DNA of 61,352 bases from Candidatus Tayloriibacteriota bacterium (GCA_943354385.1 CALRBR010000005.1:1-61352), one strand, 5' to 3'. Positions 9,227-18,779 are shown, counted from the first letter of the stretch. Numbers and translations are program-made. Notes: a model not told the origin generated them from the sequence alone.

Positions 9227-10270
9227 ATGGAAATACATGCATCTACGGAACAGGAAGAAAGGCATTGGAATGATTTTGTAAAAAAACACTACCCTCCTGT
9301 CGGTGCTTTTATGCAAAGTTTTGAGTGGGGTGAATTTCAAAAATCGCTTGGACGTTCTGTTGAGAGATACCTGGTCATAGAAGAGGGTGTAACGATCGCC
9401 GCCTTTAGTCTCGCCTACTACACACTACCTTTTTCTCTCCAGTATGCGTATAGCCCTCGCGGTCCAGTGTTCAAATCATCTATCGGTATTGCAAAACAAT
9501 GGCGTATTTTTCAAACGATTCGTAGCTGGGTACAAAAAAATAAACCCAAGTTACTTTTTGTTCGACTCGAGCCGCCAATTATTCCTTATCCGAAATCAAA
9601 AATACCAAGAGGTTTTTATATTCCGAGATACTACATTCAACCAAAACATAATCTTGCCATACCGCTCGATGTATCTGAATCAGAAATTCTAGCCACTTTT
9701 CACCCATCGACTCGATCAAACATATCCCGTGCAGAGCGTCGTGGAGTAACTGTAAAAATGAAGGACAAATTGACCGAACAGGATTATCAGCATTTTTTTA
9801 ATATGATTGCTGAGACGCTAAAAAGAAACGGTGGCAAAGGCGTGTACCCTGGAGAATCATACTTTCGCTCACTTGTGAAAGCGATGCCACTTGTTGGAGC
9901 TAAAGATTATTCTGGAAAAACAGGACTGACTCTGTGGTACGCGTATCAGGAAGGCAAGGTTGCTACAGCTTATTTTGTGCTTTTCTTTGCAGGTACTGCC
10001 ACGTATATTTTTGGTGCTTCGTACAGCGACTCACTCAATTCAAAAGCCACTACCTATCTCCACTGGACTGCCATGAAAGAGGCAAAAAAGCGTGGCATGT
10101 ATTTTTATGATTTGGGTGGTATCGATGAAAAACGCTGGCCAACTATTACCACCTACAAACGTCAGTTCAGGGGGCGAGAGTTTGGCTACATCGGTAATAT
10201 AGACATCCCGATACGACCACTACTATATAGACTATATAATGCCGTGCGAGTTCTGAGGAAAACGGAGTAG
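9227..10270 (+). CDS. FemA/FemB/FemX family peptidoglycan bridge aminoacyltransferase
   Basis: FMQS.EWG, YSPRGP, VRLEP, R.NI.RA..RGV and YDLGGI motifs. Confidence 0.9.
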   Translation: MEIHASTEQEERHWNDFVKKHYPPVGAFMQSFEWGEFQKSLGRSVERYLVIEEGVTIAAFSLAYYTLPFSLQYAYSPRGPVFKSSIGIAKQWRIFQTIRSWVQKNKPKLLFVRLEPPIIPYPKSKIPRGFYIPRYYIQPKHNLAIPLDVSESEILATFHPSTRSNISRAERRGVTVKMKDKLTEQDYQHFFNMIAETLKRNGGKGVYPGESYFRSLVKAMPLVGAKDYSGKTGLTLWYAYQEGKVATAYFVLFFAGTATYIFGASYSDSLNSKATTYLHWTAMKEAKKRGMYFYDLGGIDEKRWPTITTYKRQFRGREFGYIGNIDIPIRPLLYRLYNAVRVLRKTE

Positions 10271-10397
10271 TTAAAAAGCTAACTTCGGAAGTTATCCTTT
10301 TAAACTGGCTCTACATAGCCATTCAAAAAAACAAGGTTCGACCTAGTTTTTTTGTTAATTAAAAATAAAAAACAGGTGGCTTTCCCTGTTGCTTGAG

Positions 10398-11243
10398 TTA
10401 CCTACCCAATTTGACTGCCACCGCCCGTGAGAAACCATTGGTGTAGGGAGTGCCGACCTCTTTCAGTCGTTCCTCCACAGCTCTCACCGATGGAGCCAAA
10501 AAAGTATCCATCAGCACATACAGCAGGCCATCGCTTCCCAAGAAACCTGTTCCGCTCTCACCAGGAATTGGCTTATAGTCAAACACCAAAAAGGTCTGAG
10601 CCATCACTGTCTTGGGGTTATCTATCACCAAAAGCAGTGGCTGATACATTTTATTTTTGACTAGCGAGGTCAAAACAAGGTTGGTGTCCGAGAGCCTAGC
10701 AAACTGCGACAAAGGTTCCCGACGTCTTGGTAGACTGGAAAATGAGCTTACTGGCCTAGCAGGACCCCGCACGGCAACAGCCACATCAACCTCACCGTCC
10801 TGATCAATACTCTTGTCTCGAGTCATTTGATGAGAATTAAAGACTTTTTCAACACCATACAGTAGCCAATTTTTTTCCCCCACCTTTCGGTAGAAAAATA
10901 GATTGGTGTTACGATTTGAATTGAAGATATGACCTGAGGTAATGATATACTCCTTGATAACCCCTTTGTTATTCTGGAGATACATCGTGCCTGTGCCACA
11001 CCAATCCAGTCGATTGCTTGAACATGAGTATAAATGAACGGGTGTCAAACGTTCGGATGCTTTCTCTGTAGCAACCGTTTTCAGTAAGCCTTGATACTCA
11101 GGGCTAGCCGAAATGATTGCATTTGACACCACTGTTTGTCCAACAAGTTGTCCGTAGGTGTAGCGCACCTGCGAGCTAGAATCGGCAATCCCCAAGAGGA
11201 GGCCGAGCGTGACCGATAAAACCAGACTCAGTGTGGTTTTCAT
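10398..11243 (-). CDS. Secreted divergent trypsin-like peptidase (putative)
   Basis: Signal peptide MKTTLSLVLSV..., then CGTG, IITSGH (His), DVAVA (Asp) and PGESG (Ser). Confidence 0.6.
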   Translation of the reverse strand: MKTTLSLVLSVTLGLLLGIADSSSQVRYTYGQLVGQTVVSNAIISASPEYQGLLKTVATEKASERLTPVHLYSCSSNRLDWCGTGTMYLQNNKGVIKEYIITSGHIFNSNRNTNLFFYRKVGEKNWLLYGVEKVFNSHQMTRDKSIDQDGEVDVAVAVRGPARPVSSFSSLPRRREPLSQFARLSDTNLVLTSLVKNKMYQPLLLVIDNPKTVMAQTFLVFDYKPIPGESGTGFLGSDGLLYVLMDTFLAPSVRAVEERLKEVGTPYTNGFSRAVAVKLGR

Positions 11244-11354
11244 AAGTTTGAACTGCGATTGTTTGTGGAAGAACGTCGAAATATATAGTACTTTACATAG
11301 ATTACTATTGTCAAATAAACAAAACAACCGGGCATTCCCGGTCGTTTTGTTTAT

Positions 11355-11495
11355 TTATTTATTTTTACCTTTCTTACTCTTTTTTGCTTTCTGCGCTGAC
11401 AGTCTCGCATTCTTTATCGCTTTACGCTTGGTGGTCTTTCTTGAACGTGTTGTCCGAGCCTTGCCTCTTATATCATGTGCATTTCTATATGCCAT
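11355..11495 (-). CDS. Small very basic protein, 46 aa (not in ORF track)
   Basis: Translated by hand: MAYRNAHDIRGKARTTRSRKTTKRKAIKNARLSAQKAKKSKKGKNK*. Confidence 0.6.
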   Translation of the reverse strand: MAYRNAHDIRGKARTTRSRKTTKRKAIKNARLSAQKAKKSKKGKNK

Positions 11496-11524
11496 TTTAT
11501 TTTTTATATTAAATTAATTAAAAA

Positions 11525-11584
11525 CTACTTCGCTTTCTTTTTTTTCTTCTTGTCCTTCTGCTGTGCATTATTTCCTTTAGCCAT
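11525..11584 (-). CDS. Tiny Lys-rich peptide, 19 aa (not in ORF track)
   Basis: Translated by hand: MAKGNNAQQKDKKKKKKAK*. A TATACT -10-like element lies upstream at about 11622-11627. Confidence 0.5.
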   Translation of the reverse strand: MAKGNNAQQKDKKKKKKAK

Positions 11585-11991
11585 ATATTTATTTTAAAAG
11601 ATATTAATTGGTAATGTATTAAGTATACAAGGGAATATAGAAAATAGATACCCGCCCAAAAAAATATTTAGCTATTTATTGGTAAAGAAAAGTATGATTA
11701 CAAAGATTACTACAAAACAAACGAAGAAGACTACAGTTTTGGAAAATGTGGCCAATGCTTCTTTTTGTCGCTTCTCAATCAAAAGCAGTACGGGTTCATA
11801 AAAGAACAAAAACGCCATCACCGTTACAGACAAAACTAGCAAGCTCAGCATCCTTGTCGGAATGATTATGTTTGGTTATGGAATAGCGGGGCCTAAGGTA
11901 GTTATCTACGCAAGAACGGTTATTGCTAAACATAGTAAATATGAACTCAAAATCGATGCACCCCAGCTAGTTAAAAATAATAAATCTTAAT

Positions 11992-12867
11992 TTAGCAAGG
12001 ACAGTCCTTGTTAATACTTATTTCCCCATAAACACCTTTAACCAAGCCGAGATCTTTTCCACTTTTAGTCAACAGCTCGATATTTTTATCTTCGAGTGCT
12101 GTTAATATCTTGTGACTGTGTATGTCATCTGGAATCTTTTCTGTATACAGTTTTTTAAATGAAGCAAAGTCTTTTATAAAACACCCACCACCTGCACCCC
12201 GACCGCTTTTGTGTATTGGCTCGGAATATTGACTTGCTACAAACGGATCTGCAATTAGCGCCTGCCTGATCACAGACCAATCGCATCCGATCGTACGAGT
12301 AAAATCATACATCATATTGAAAAACATAATTTGGACATAACCACTCACGTTGTGGGTATATTTGATCATCTCTGCCTCCGTACTCGTACAGACAAGTTGA
12401 AATGGAGCATGGGGCAAAACAGATATAAGTTTATCAGATGCTGTGCGATGTCGCGGAGTGTCTAAAGACAAACCAATAATGTTCGAGAAAGGATAGGCGC
12501 TATCGTATTCTGCGGTTGCCTCACTCAAAAACTCTGGCTAATATATAATAGTCAAGATAGAATATTTTTCTTGAAATTGCGTTGTAGTCCCCGGCAACAC
12601 AGTTGACTTAATGACTGCGATTTTACCCCTACCAACAAGTGTCAATGCCTCCTCAACGATGTGGCCGTCAAAACCCTCTAGCGTAGTTGGTGTTGGGACA
12701 GCAATAAACACGATATCACAATCTTTAATTTTTTCTTTATTTTCTAGATATGGTTTTTCAAGAGAATATCTCACTGTATGAAATCCACGCTTTTCAAAAT
12801 CGTTTGCGTAATTCTTGCCAATCCATCCTTGACCGACAAATCCAATGAGTTGTTTTGATTGTGACAT
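11992..12867 (-). pseudogene. ugd: UDP-glucose/GDP-mannose dehydrogenase family gene with one in-frame TAG
   Basis: The two ORFs are in the same frame. Motifs GQGWIG, IAVPTP, KSTVLPGTT, AEMIKY and GAGGGCFIKD. TAG at 12538-12540 replaces the S/N of (S/N)PEFL. Confidence 0.85.
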
Positions 12868-13031
12868 ATGTGTTAGTTGTGTTTATAAAAATCAATCGTC
12901 TATGTAAGCCGATCATCAAAACCTACCAATGACTTATAGTTTAAAAACTTTTTTGTTTTGGATATGTCAGCCAGAGGGATAAAGGATAAATAATAAAGGG
13001 ACCAGTCCCCATTCTCCATTTATCATTTATC

Positions 13032-13217
13032 TTATTTAACATGAAAGGCTTCAGATTTGAAATTCTCATGTAAGCCGTCTACACAATTACATTTCACTAA
13101 TTGGTGATTGTGATTTGCACAATCCGGCGCTTGGCAGGTGCCAGGAGTTTTTGACACTCCCCTACAGCCTCCGACACAGACATAATGAATTTCTTTTTGT
13201 TTTTCTTCTGTACTCAT
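13032..13217 (-). CDS. Small Cys/His-rich putative metal-binding protein
   Basis: CVGGC...C....C..H....CNC...H in 61 aa. Confidence 0.7.
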   Translation of the reverse strand: MSTEEKQKEIHYVCVGGCRGVSKTPGTCQAPDCANHNHQLVKCNCVDGLHENFKSEAFHVK

Positions 13218-13437
13218 ATTTTTATTATAACATATTTATTGGCTGTCCGAGTACTAGCAATAACGGTTCTTGATAGCTACTCATTTATACCAGCGACTAA
13301 ATTTTCGTCACCGCTCAAATTTGTCTGGGCACCACCTCATATTTTTATTTGCTAATAAAAATTGGCTCCAGCGTTCGATTCCAAGCGAAAGTGGTACCCA
13401 CCACTTTCTTCCCTCAATAAAAATATCTTCGATATTT

Positions 13438-13511
13438 TGGCTGCGGGACTTGGACTCGAACCAAGATGAATCGCTTCAGAGGCGACTATCCTACCATTAG
13501 ATGATCCCGCA
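13438..13511 (-). tRNA. tRNA-Gln(CTG)
   Basis: TGCGGGA acceptor, anticodon arm GTCGC-CTCTGAA-GCGAT, GGTTCGAGTCC, encoded CCA. Confidence 0.92.
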
Positions 13512-13609
13512 ATGTATTAAACTGTAAATCTGCTTATCTACTCTATCTATAATATCACGCTCGTAGCGGTACTTGCTGTTTACAAATCAATCGGAGTACC
13601 TCTTGAGTA

Positions 13610-13640
13610 AACAGGTTGCCTACCTTTAGCCGATCCGGCA
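13610..13640 (-). pseudogene. 5' half of a tRNA-Gln-like gene
   Basis: TGCCGGATCGGCTAAAGGTAGGCAACCTG resembles an acceptor 5' strand plus D-arm. No T-arm or 3' acceptor strand follows. Confidence 0.45.
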
Positions 13641-13756
13641 ATATTTATACATTAACTAACCTTACTAAAGTACCAGAAAAAGGGCTTTTAATCAAGAAAA
13701 AATCCTCCACCTTGACTACAAGGCACCTCCTTTTCTAAAGGAGGAATAAGAAGTGA

Positions 13757-15424
13757 CTATTTCTTCTTTGTAACACGTTCTTTCGAAGCCCTCACAAATG
13801 CACTGAAAAGCGGGTGGGGGTTTAGAGGGCGGGCTTGGAGCTCGGGGTGAAATTGTGAACCAACGAAGAACGGGTGTTTGGTAGTCGGTAACTCAGCTAT
13901 TTCACACAGCGCGCCATTTGGAGAAAGGCCAGAAAAAACCAGTCCTGCCTTAGAAAGCACCTCGACATAGACAGGGTTTACTTCATATCTATGTCGATGA
14001 CGCTCTTTGATAAGCTCCTTGCCGTACGCCTCGCGAGCAATACTTCCCTCTTTGAGCAAAGCGAGATATGAGCCGAGACGCATTGAGGCACCGAAATTAC
14101 CCTCTGTGAGCTTCTTTTTCTGATCGGGCATAATGTCAATGATAGGATTCTTTGTCTTTGGGTCTATTTCGGTCGTCGTCGCATCTTTGAGACCGAGCAC
14201 ATTGCGAGCATACTCTACTACCATGAGTTGCATACCGTAACAGAGGCCGAGATATGGAATCTTTTTCTCTCGAGCAAATTTGATCGCCTTGATCACCCCC
14301 TCGATACCCGATGTACCAAAACCACCAGGCACGATAATCCCAGCGTACTCGGCAAGCGACTCTATTTTCAGCTCCCCAGTCTCAAACTTTTTGGAATTGA
14401 TCCAAGTGAGTGACGCCTTTACCTCAGCCTCATAGCAAGAATATTTTGTTGCCTCAATCACAGAAAGATATGCGTCTGAAAGTACAAAATCTCCCGTGTC
14501 AAAATATTTACCGACAACCGCAATCTTGAGCTCGTCTTTTGATGATTTCGTCCGAGATACAAACGCTCGCCATGGAGCCAGGCCGTCGTGCTTGGCTTTG
14601 GTATTTGGCCTGAGTTTCAGTGCTTTCAAAAGTTGCTCGCCGAGCTTATCTCGCTCAAAGTTTATCGGCACATCATACACACTCTCGATGTCTGGAGCTG
14701 AAATGACATGCTCAGGGCGAATGTTACACATAAGGGCAATCTTCTCCTTGCGTTTGTGGTCGAGCGGGAGTGTACTGCGGGCGACAATAAAGTCTGGCTG
14801 AATACCGTAACCGTTGAGCTGATGCACGGCATTTTGGGTCGGACGGGTTTTCATTTCACCGAGAGTTCCTGGCACAGGTAGGTATGAGACCATCACAAAA
14901 AGCACATCGTCTGGATGCTTTATCTTGAGAATTCTCGCGGCTTCCATAAAAAGGACATTTTGGTAGTCGCCGATAGTACCGCCGATTTCCACCACCGTGA
15001 CATTTGAGCCGTGCCGATGGACTGCCTTTTTGATACGATTCAAAATCTCCTCGGTAATATAGTACACTGGCTCTACACATTTACCACCGTAACCGAGAGC
15101 TCGCTCACGGTCGATCACTGCTTTGTAGACCATACCACTCGTCATATAGTCCTCAGGTGAAAGGTCGAGGTCGAGGAAGCGCTCGTAGTTACCCATGTCC
15201 TGATCGGTCTCTAGGCCAGAGTTGAGAACAAAGACTTCCCCATGCTCGGTAGGATTCATCGTGCCTGCATCGACATTCAGATACGGGTCAATTTTGATAG
15301 GATTTACCTTGTAGCCCTTGGCCTGGATGATTTTAGCGATAGAAGCTGTGGCAATACCTTTGCCCACCCCAGACATTACTCCCCCCACCACGAAGATATA
15401 TTTATGATTGTCTTTTTTAGGCAT
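13757..15424 (-). CDS. pyrG: CTP synthase
   Basis: GGVMSGVGKG, KIDPYLNVDAGTMNP, GLCYGMQ, ERHRHRYE and QFHPE motifs. Confidence 0.98.
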   Translation of the reverse strand: MPKKDNHKYIFVVGGVMSGVGKGIATASIAKIIQAKGYKVNPIKIDPYLNVDAGTMNPTEHGEVFVLNSGLETDQDMGNYERFLDLDLSPEDYMTSGMVYKAVIDRERALGYGGKCVEPVYYITEEILNRIKKAVHRHGSNVTVVEIGGTIGDYQNVLFMEAARILKIKHPDDVLFVMVSYLPVPGTLGEMKTRPTQNAVHQLNGYGIQPDFIVARSTLPLDHKRKEKIALMCNIRPEHVISAPDIESVYDVPINFERDKLGEQLLKALKLRPNTKAKHDGLAPWRAFVSRTKSSKDELKIAVVGKYFDTGDFVLSDAYLSVIEATKYSCYEAEVKASLTWINSKKFETGELKIESLAEYAGIIVPGGFGTSGIEGVIKAIKFAREKKIPYLGLCYGMQLMVVEYARNVLGLKDATTTEIDPKTKNPIIDIMPDQKKKLTEGNFGASMRLGSYLALLKEGSIAREAYGKELIKERHRHRYEVNPVYVEVLSKAGLVFSGLSPNGALCEIAELPTTKHPFFVGSQFHPELQARPLNPHPLFSAFVRASKERVTKKK

Positions 15425-15821
15425 GGATAAGTAAATTTGATTAGTTTATTGTAATTGCGGATAAATCCCCGACGACTTGTCGCGGGGATGAATCCGCAAG
15501 AATGAAGATGAGGTCGGCGGAGACGGCACCTATACAACAAGGTTTACCCTGGTGTCTCGCCTAATACCTAGCCGAGGTATTCCGAGGAAATAGTAGGCTC
15601 ACGGGGATAGGAAGAGACTAAACCTTATAGGACGTGCGTATTTGCGATACATTTCATGGCACAAGCAAGCAACAAGCCTACCACATGTTAAATATGATAA
15701 ACAAAATACCGAGCTTACTACAAAGAAGTGCGTCAAACGCGTATGTCCTATCTATTGTATCAGGAAAAAGGGAGCAGTCTAGTTGCTCAAAACGAGAAGA
15801 GGTGTCGTAGAAAAAAACAAA

Positions 15822-16748
15822 CTAAACCTTCAAATACCGTCGCACAGCCAAATAGCTAGAAACTGCTCCTAGAATAATTCCTGACCCAGCAATAATAAGA
15901 AAAATTTGGCCAAAATTATTGCCGTAGTAGCTCACCAAATCCAAACCTGGAGAAAAGCTTGCAAGCAACTTGTTTACATAATATACAATTGGATAAAAGA
16001 CGATGAGTGTAACCAGAGCCGAAATAATACCGTACATCAATCCACTCACTACAAATGGCCATCGGATATAGCGGTTGCTCGCGCCGACAAGCCTCATCAC
16101 AGAAATCTCATCGCGAGAAGTAAAAATGACAATACGGATAGTATTAAATGTAATGATAATAGAAATAAGTACAAAGAAAATAATTAGCCCTAGACCGAGA
16201 CGATTTGCTGAATCGACTATTTTACTAAGTCGGTCAATAATCTGCTTATTTTTATGGAAATTAATACTTTCAACGATAGTAGAGCCGTCTTTTGAAAGTG
16301 CGTTTTTACTCTCGAGAAACTTGGCGATGCTATCGTACTGGGATGGCTCCTTGGCCTTGATATTGAGAACGGCACCTAGCGGATTTTCACTGAGCTCTTC
16401 GAGGCCCTGGAGAGTCGGCTCGTCATCCTGATGTTTGAGCTTGAAATTTTTCAAAGCCTCATCTCGAGAGACGTACTCTGTGCGAGCGACTTGCTCGAGA
16501 CTCTCGATAGTTTTTTTCAAAGCAAGAATATCTTTCTCTAATGAATTGGTCGTAAAGTACACATTAATGTCTACTTTATCTTTTACCTGACCTAGGTATG
16601 AATTACTGAGCAAACTAAGGAAGATAAGAGAAGTGAATACAAAAAGTGTCATCGTCACAACCAGAATCGACGAGAAAGACACGAAGCCATTACGCCAAAA
16701 GTTAATGAAACCTGCCTTGATTACTCTTTTTATGCTTAACCAAATCAT
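15822..16748 (-). CDS. ftsX: Cell division permease FtsX
   Basis: NTIRI.I..R..EI.VMRLVGA motif. Lies downstream of ftsE. Confidence 0.93.
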   Translation of the reverse strand: MIWLSIKRVIKAGFINFWRNGFVSFSSILVVTMTLFVFTSLIFLSLLSNSYLGQVKDKVDINVYFTTNSLEKDILALKKTIESLEQVARTEYVSRDEALKNFKLKHQDDEPTLQGLEELSENPLGAVLNIKAKEPSQYDSIAKFLESKNALSKDGSTIVESINFHKNKQIIDRLSKIVDSANRLGLGLIIFFVLISIIITFNTIRIVIFTSRDEISVMRLVGASNRYIRWPFVVSGLMYGIISALVTLIVFYPIVYYVNKLLASFSPGLDLVSYYGNNFGQIFLIIAGSGIILGAVSSYLAVRRYLKV

Positions 16749-16865
16749 ATTTTTTTTAGAATTTTGAAAATCTGTTAGAAACTTTTATACTCGATACTTA
16801 AGACTTTTGACTAGTATAGTATACTACCTTTCTCTGTTTTTGTAATAAGTACTTTCGATTTTTGA

Positions 16866-17546
16866 CTACAGCACATACTTGCCATTTTTGTCGTCTCGGG
16901 TAATCTTGCCGTTTTCCATCGTAATCACTCGCCCACCGAGGGCATCGATCACTCCTTTATTGTGTGTGGTGATGATAACTGTCGTGCCAAGGTCATTTAT
17001 TTTCTTTAGGATACGAATGATTTCGTGGGTGTTGGTCGGGTCTAGATTACCAGTCGGCTCGTCGGCGATAATGAGATCTGGCTGGTTTACAATCGCTCTT
17101 GCAATGGCGACACGCTGTTTTTCACCACCAGAAAGCTCATGTGGGAAACTCCAAATCTTTTTACCGAGATCTACGAGCTCGAGCACATGAGGTACATCGG
17201 CCTGGATCTCTTCGTCTGTTCGTCCCGCCGCCTCCATAGCAAAAGCTATATTTTCATAGGCGGTCTTGTTGGGCAATAATCTATAGTCCTGAAAAACTGT
17301 ACCGATACGGCGACGGAGGGTGTTTATTTTACTTTTTTTGAGCTTGTGGATGTTAGTAGACTCAAAGAAAACCGAACCTTTGGTGGGTTTCTCTTCTGCA
17401 AGAAGCATTTTTAGCAAAGTTGTCTTGCCTGCACCAGAATGGCCGACAATTGAGACGAATTCCTTTGCTTCTATGGTAAAAGAGATGTCGATTAGTGCCT
17501 TTGAATTATCTGCATACGTCTTCGATACTTTATCGTAGTAAATCAT
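16866..17546 (-). CDS. ftsE: Cell division ATP-binding protein FtsE
   Basis: GHSGAGKT, VFQDYRLL, LSGGEKQR and ADEPTGNLD motifs. Confidence 0.95.
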   Translation of the reverse strand: MIYYDKVSKTYADNSKALIDISFTIEAKEFVSIVGHSGAGKTTLLKMLLAEEKPTKGSVFFESTNIHKLKKSKINTLRRRIGTVFQDYRLLPNKTAYENIAFAMEAAGRTDEEIQADVPHVLELVDLGKKIWSFPHELSGGEKQRVAIARAIVNQPDLIIADEPTGNLDPTNTHEIIRILKKINDLGTTVIITTHNKGVIDALGGRVITMENGKITRDDKNGKYVL

Positions 17547-17850
17547 TATCTTTTATTATACTCCGTATCAAGGAAAAATTCTATAGGCGTCGATTTATAT
17601 CCCGTTTTACAAAGAGCGAAGCGACTATATAAAACGAGGACACCGAAGTATTCTCTTCGGTGAAGGCCAATTAGACGCCAAAGGCGACAAAACGATACAT
17701 GTCCCCCGGAATTTTCAGTAGAAAATTCCGGGGGACGAGCTTCCTCTTCCCCAAAATATACTTTTTGGCTGTTTTTATAAAACGTCTCTGTAAAGCCCTA
17801 CTAAACGGCTCATTAGCTTAATGAGCCGTTTAAATCTTCGTCTTTTTGAC

Positions 17851-18723
17851 CTAATTCAAACTCTTCTCCGCTTCAATAAAAAGATCCAAATCCCCCCCAA
17901 ACACATCGTCTATTTTGCTAGTCTCAGCATCTGTCCGATGGTCTTTGACCATCTTGTAAGGATGTGTCACGTAGGAACGGATCTGATTGCCCCACTCCAC
18001 TGATGTGGTCTTGCTGATATACATACCTTTTTCTTTGGCAATCCTTTCATCATCTCTCATACGGTATATTTTAGCCGATAGGATGGCGAGGGCTTTCTCT
18101 TTGTTTTGCCCCTGACTACGTTCCGAGGTCACGTGTACTGAAAGCTTAGTCGGTAGATGCACTATACGCACAGCAGTCTCCCGCTTGTTTACATTTTGCC
18201 CCCCTGGACCGCCAGATTTTGCTGTCGTCACTTCGAGCTCATCTGGTGGAATGTCTACCTCTGTCACTTTTTCAAATTTAGGGATCACCTCCACCATCGA
18301 GAAAGACGTATGGCGAAGCTTCTTGGCATTAAATGGCGAGATGCGTACAAGGCGGTGTACACCTGACTCATTTTTGAGTGTACCGTACACATTTTTCCCC
18401 GCTATCTCAAAAGTGATGTTTCGGAAACCACCATGGTCATTTTCGTTGCTATGAATGACCGACATACCCCACCCCATACGATCAATATACTTTTGATACA
18501 TTTTAAAAAGAATAGCAGAAAAATCTTCGGCGTCGTCTCCGCCGGCGCCAGAAAAAATAGTGATAATCGCGTCACCCTTGTCGTATTTTCCTCCCCCTTC
18601 TATCTCGGCCTTGAGGTCGGCAATATCCTTTAGGATCGACTGCGCCCGATTTTTGTCGGCCCAAAAATCGGGCTCCTGGAGGCTGGCTTCGAGCTCCGCA
18701 AGTTTTTGTTTCTTATCTTCCAT
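17851..18723 (-). CDS. prfB: Peptide chain release factor 2, N-terminally shortened, no frameshift
   Basis: SPF anticodon-mimic (RISPF), GGQ motif and WGNQIRSY. Start MEDKK lies 6 nt after a TGCTATAGT -10. Confidence 0.93.
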   Translation of the reverse strand: MEDKKQKLAELEASLQEPDFWADKNRAQSILKDIADLKAEIEGGGKYDKGDAIITIFSGAGGDDAEDFSAILFKMYQKYIDRMGWGMSVIHSNENDHGGFRNITFEIAGKNVYGTLKNESGVHRLVRISPFNAKKLRHTSFSMVEVIPKFEKVTEVDIPPDELEVTTAKSGGPGGQNVNKRETAVRIVHLPTKLSVHVTSERSQGQNKEKALAILSAKIYRMRDDERIAKEKGMYISKTTSVEWGNQIRSYVTHPYKMVKDHRTDAETSKIDDVFGGDLDLFIEAEKSLN

Positions 18724-18779
18724 AAAGCTACTATAGCATGCAGAATGATGGAGAAAAAGTGTCAGGAAATTACATAGAA

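Noticed and set aside
11694-11990. Possible gene between the basic peptides and ugd
   Set aside because: Only short broken frames with no recognisable motif.
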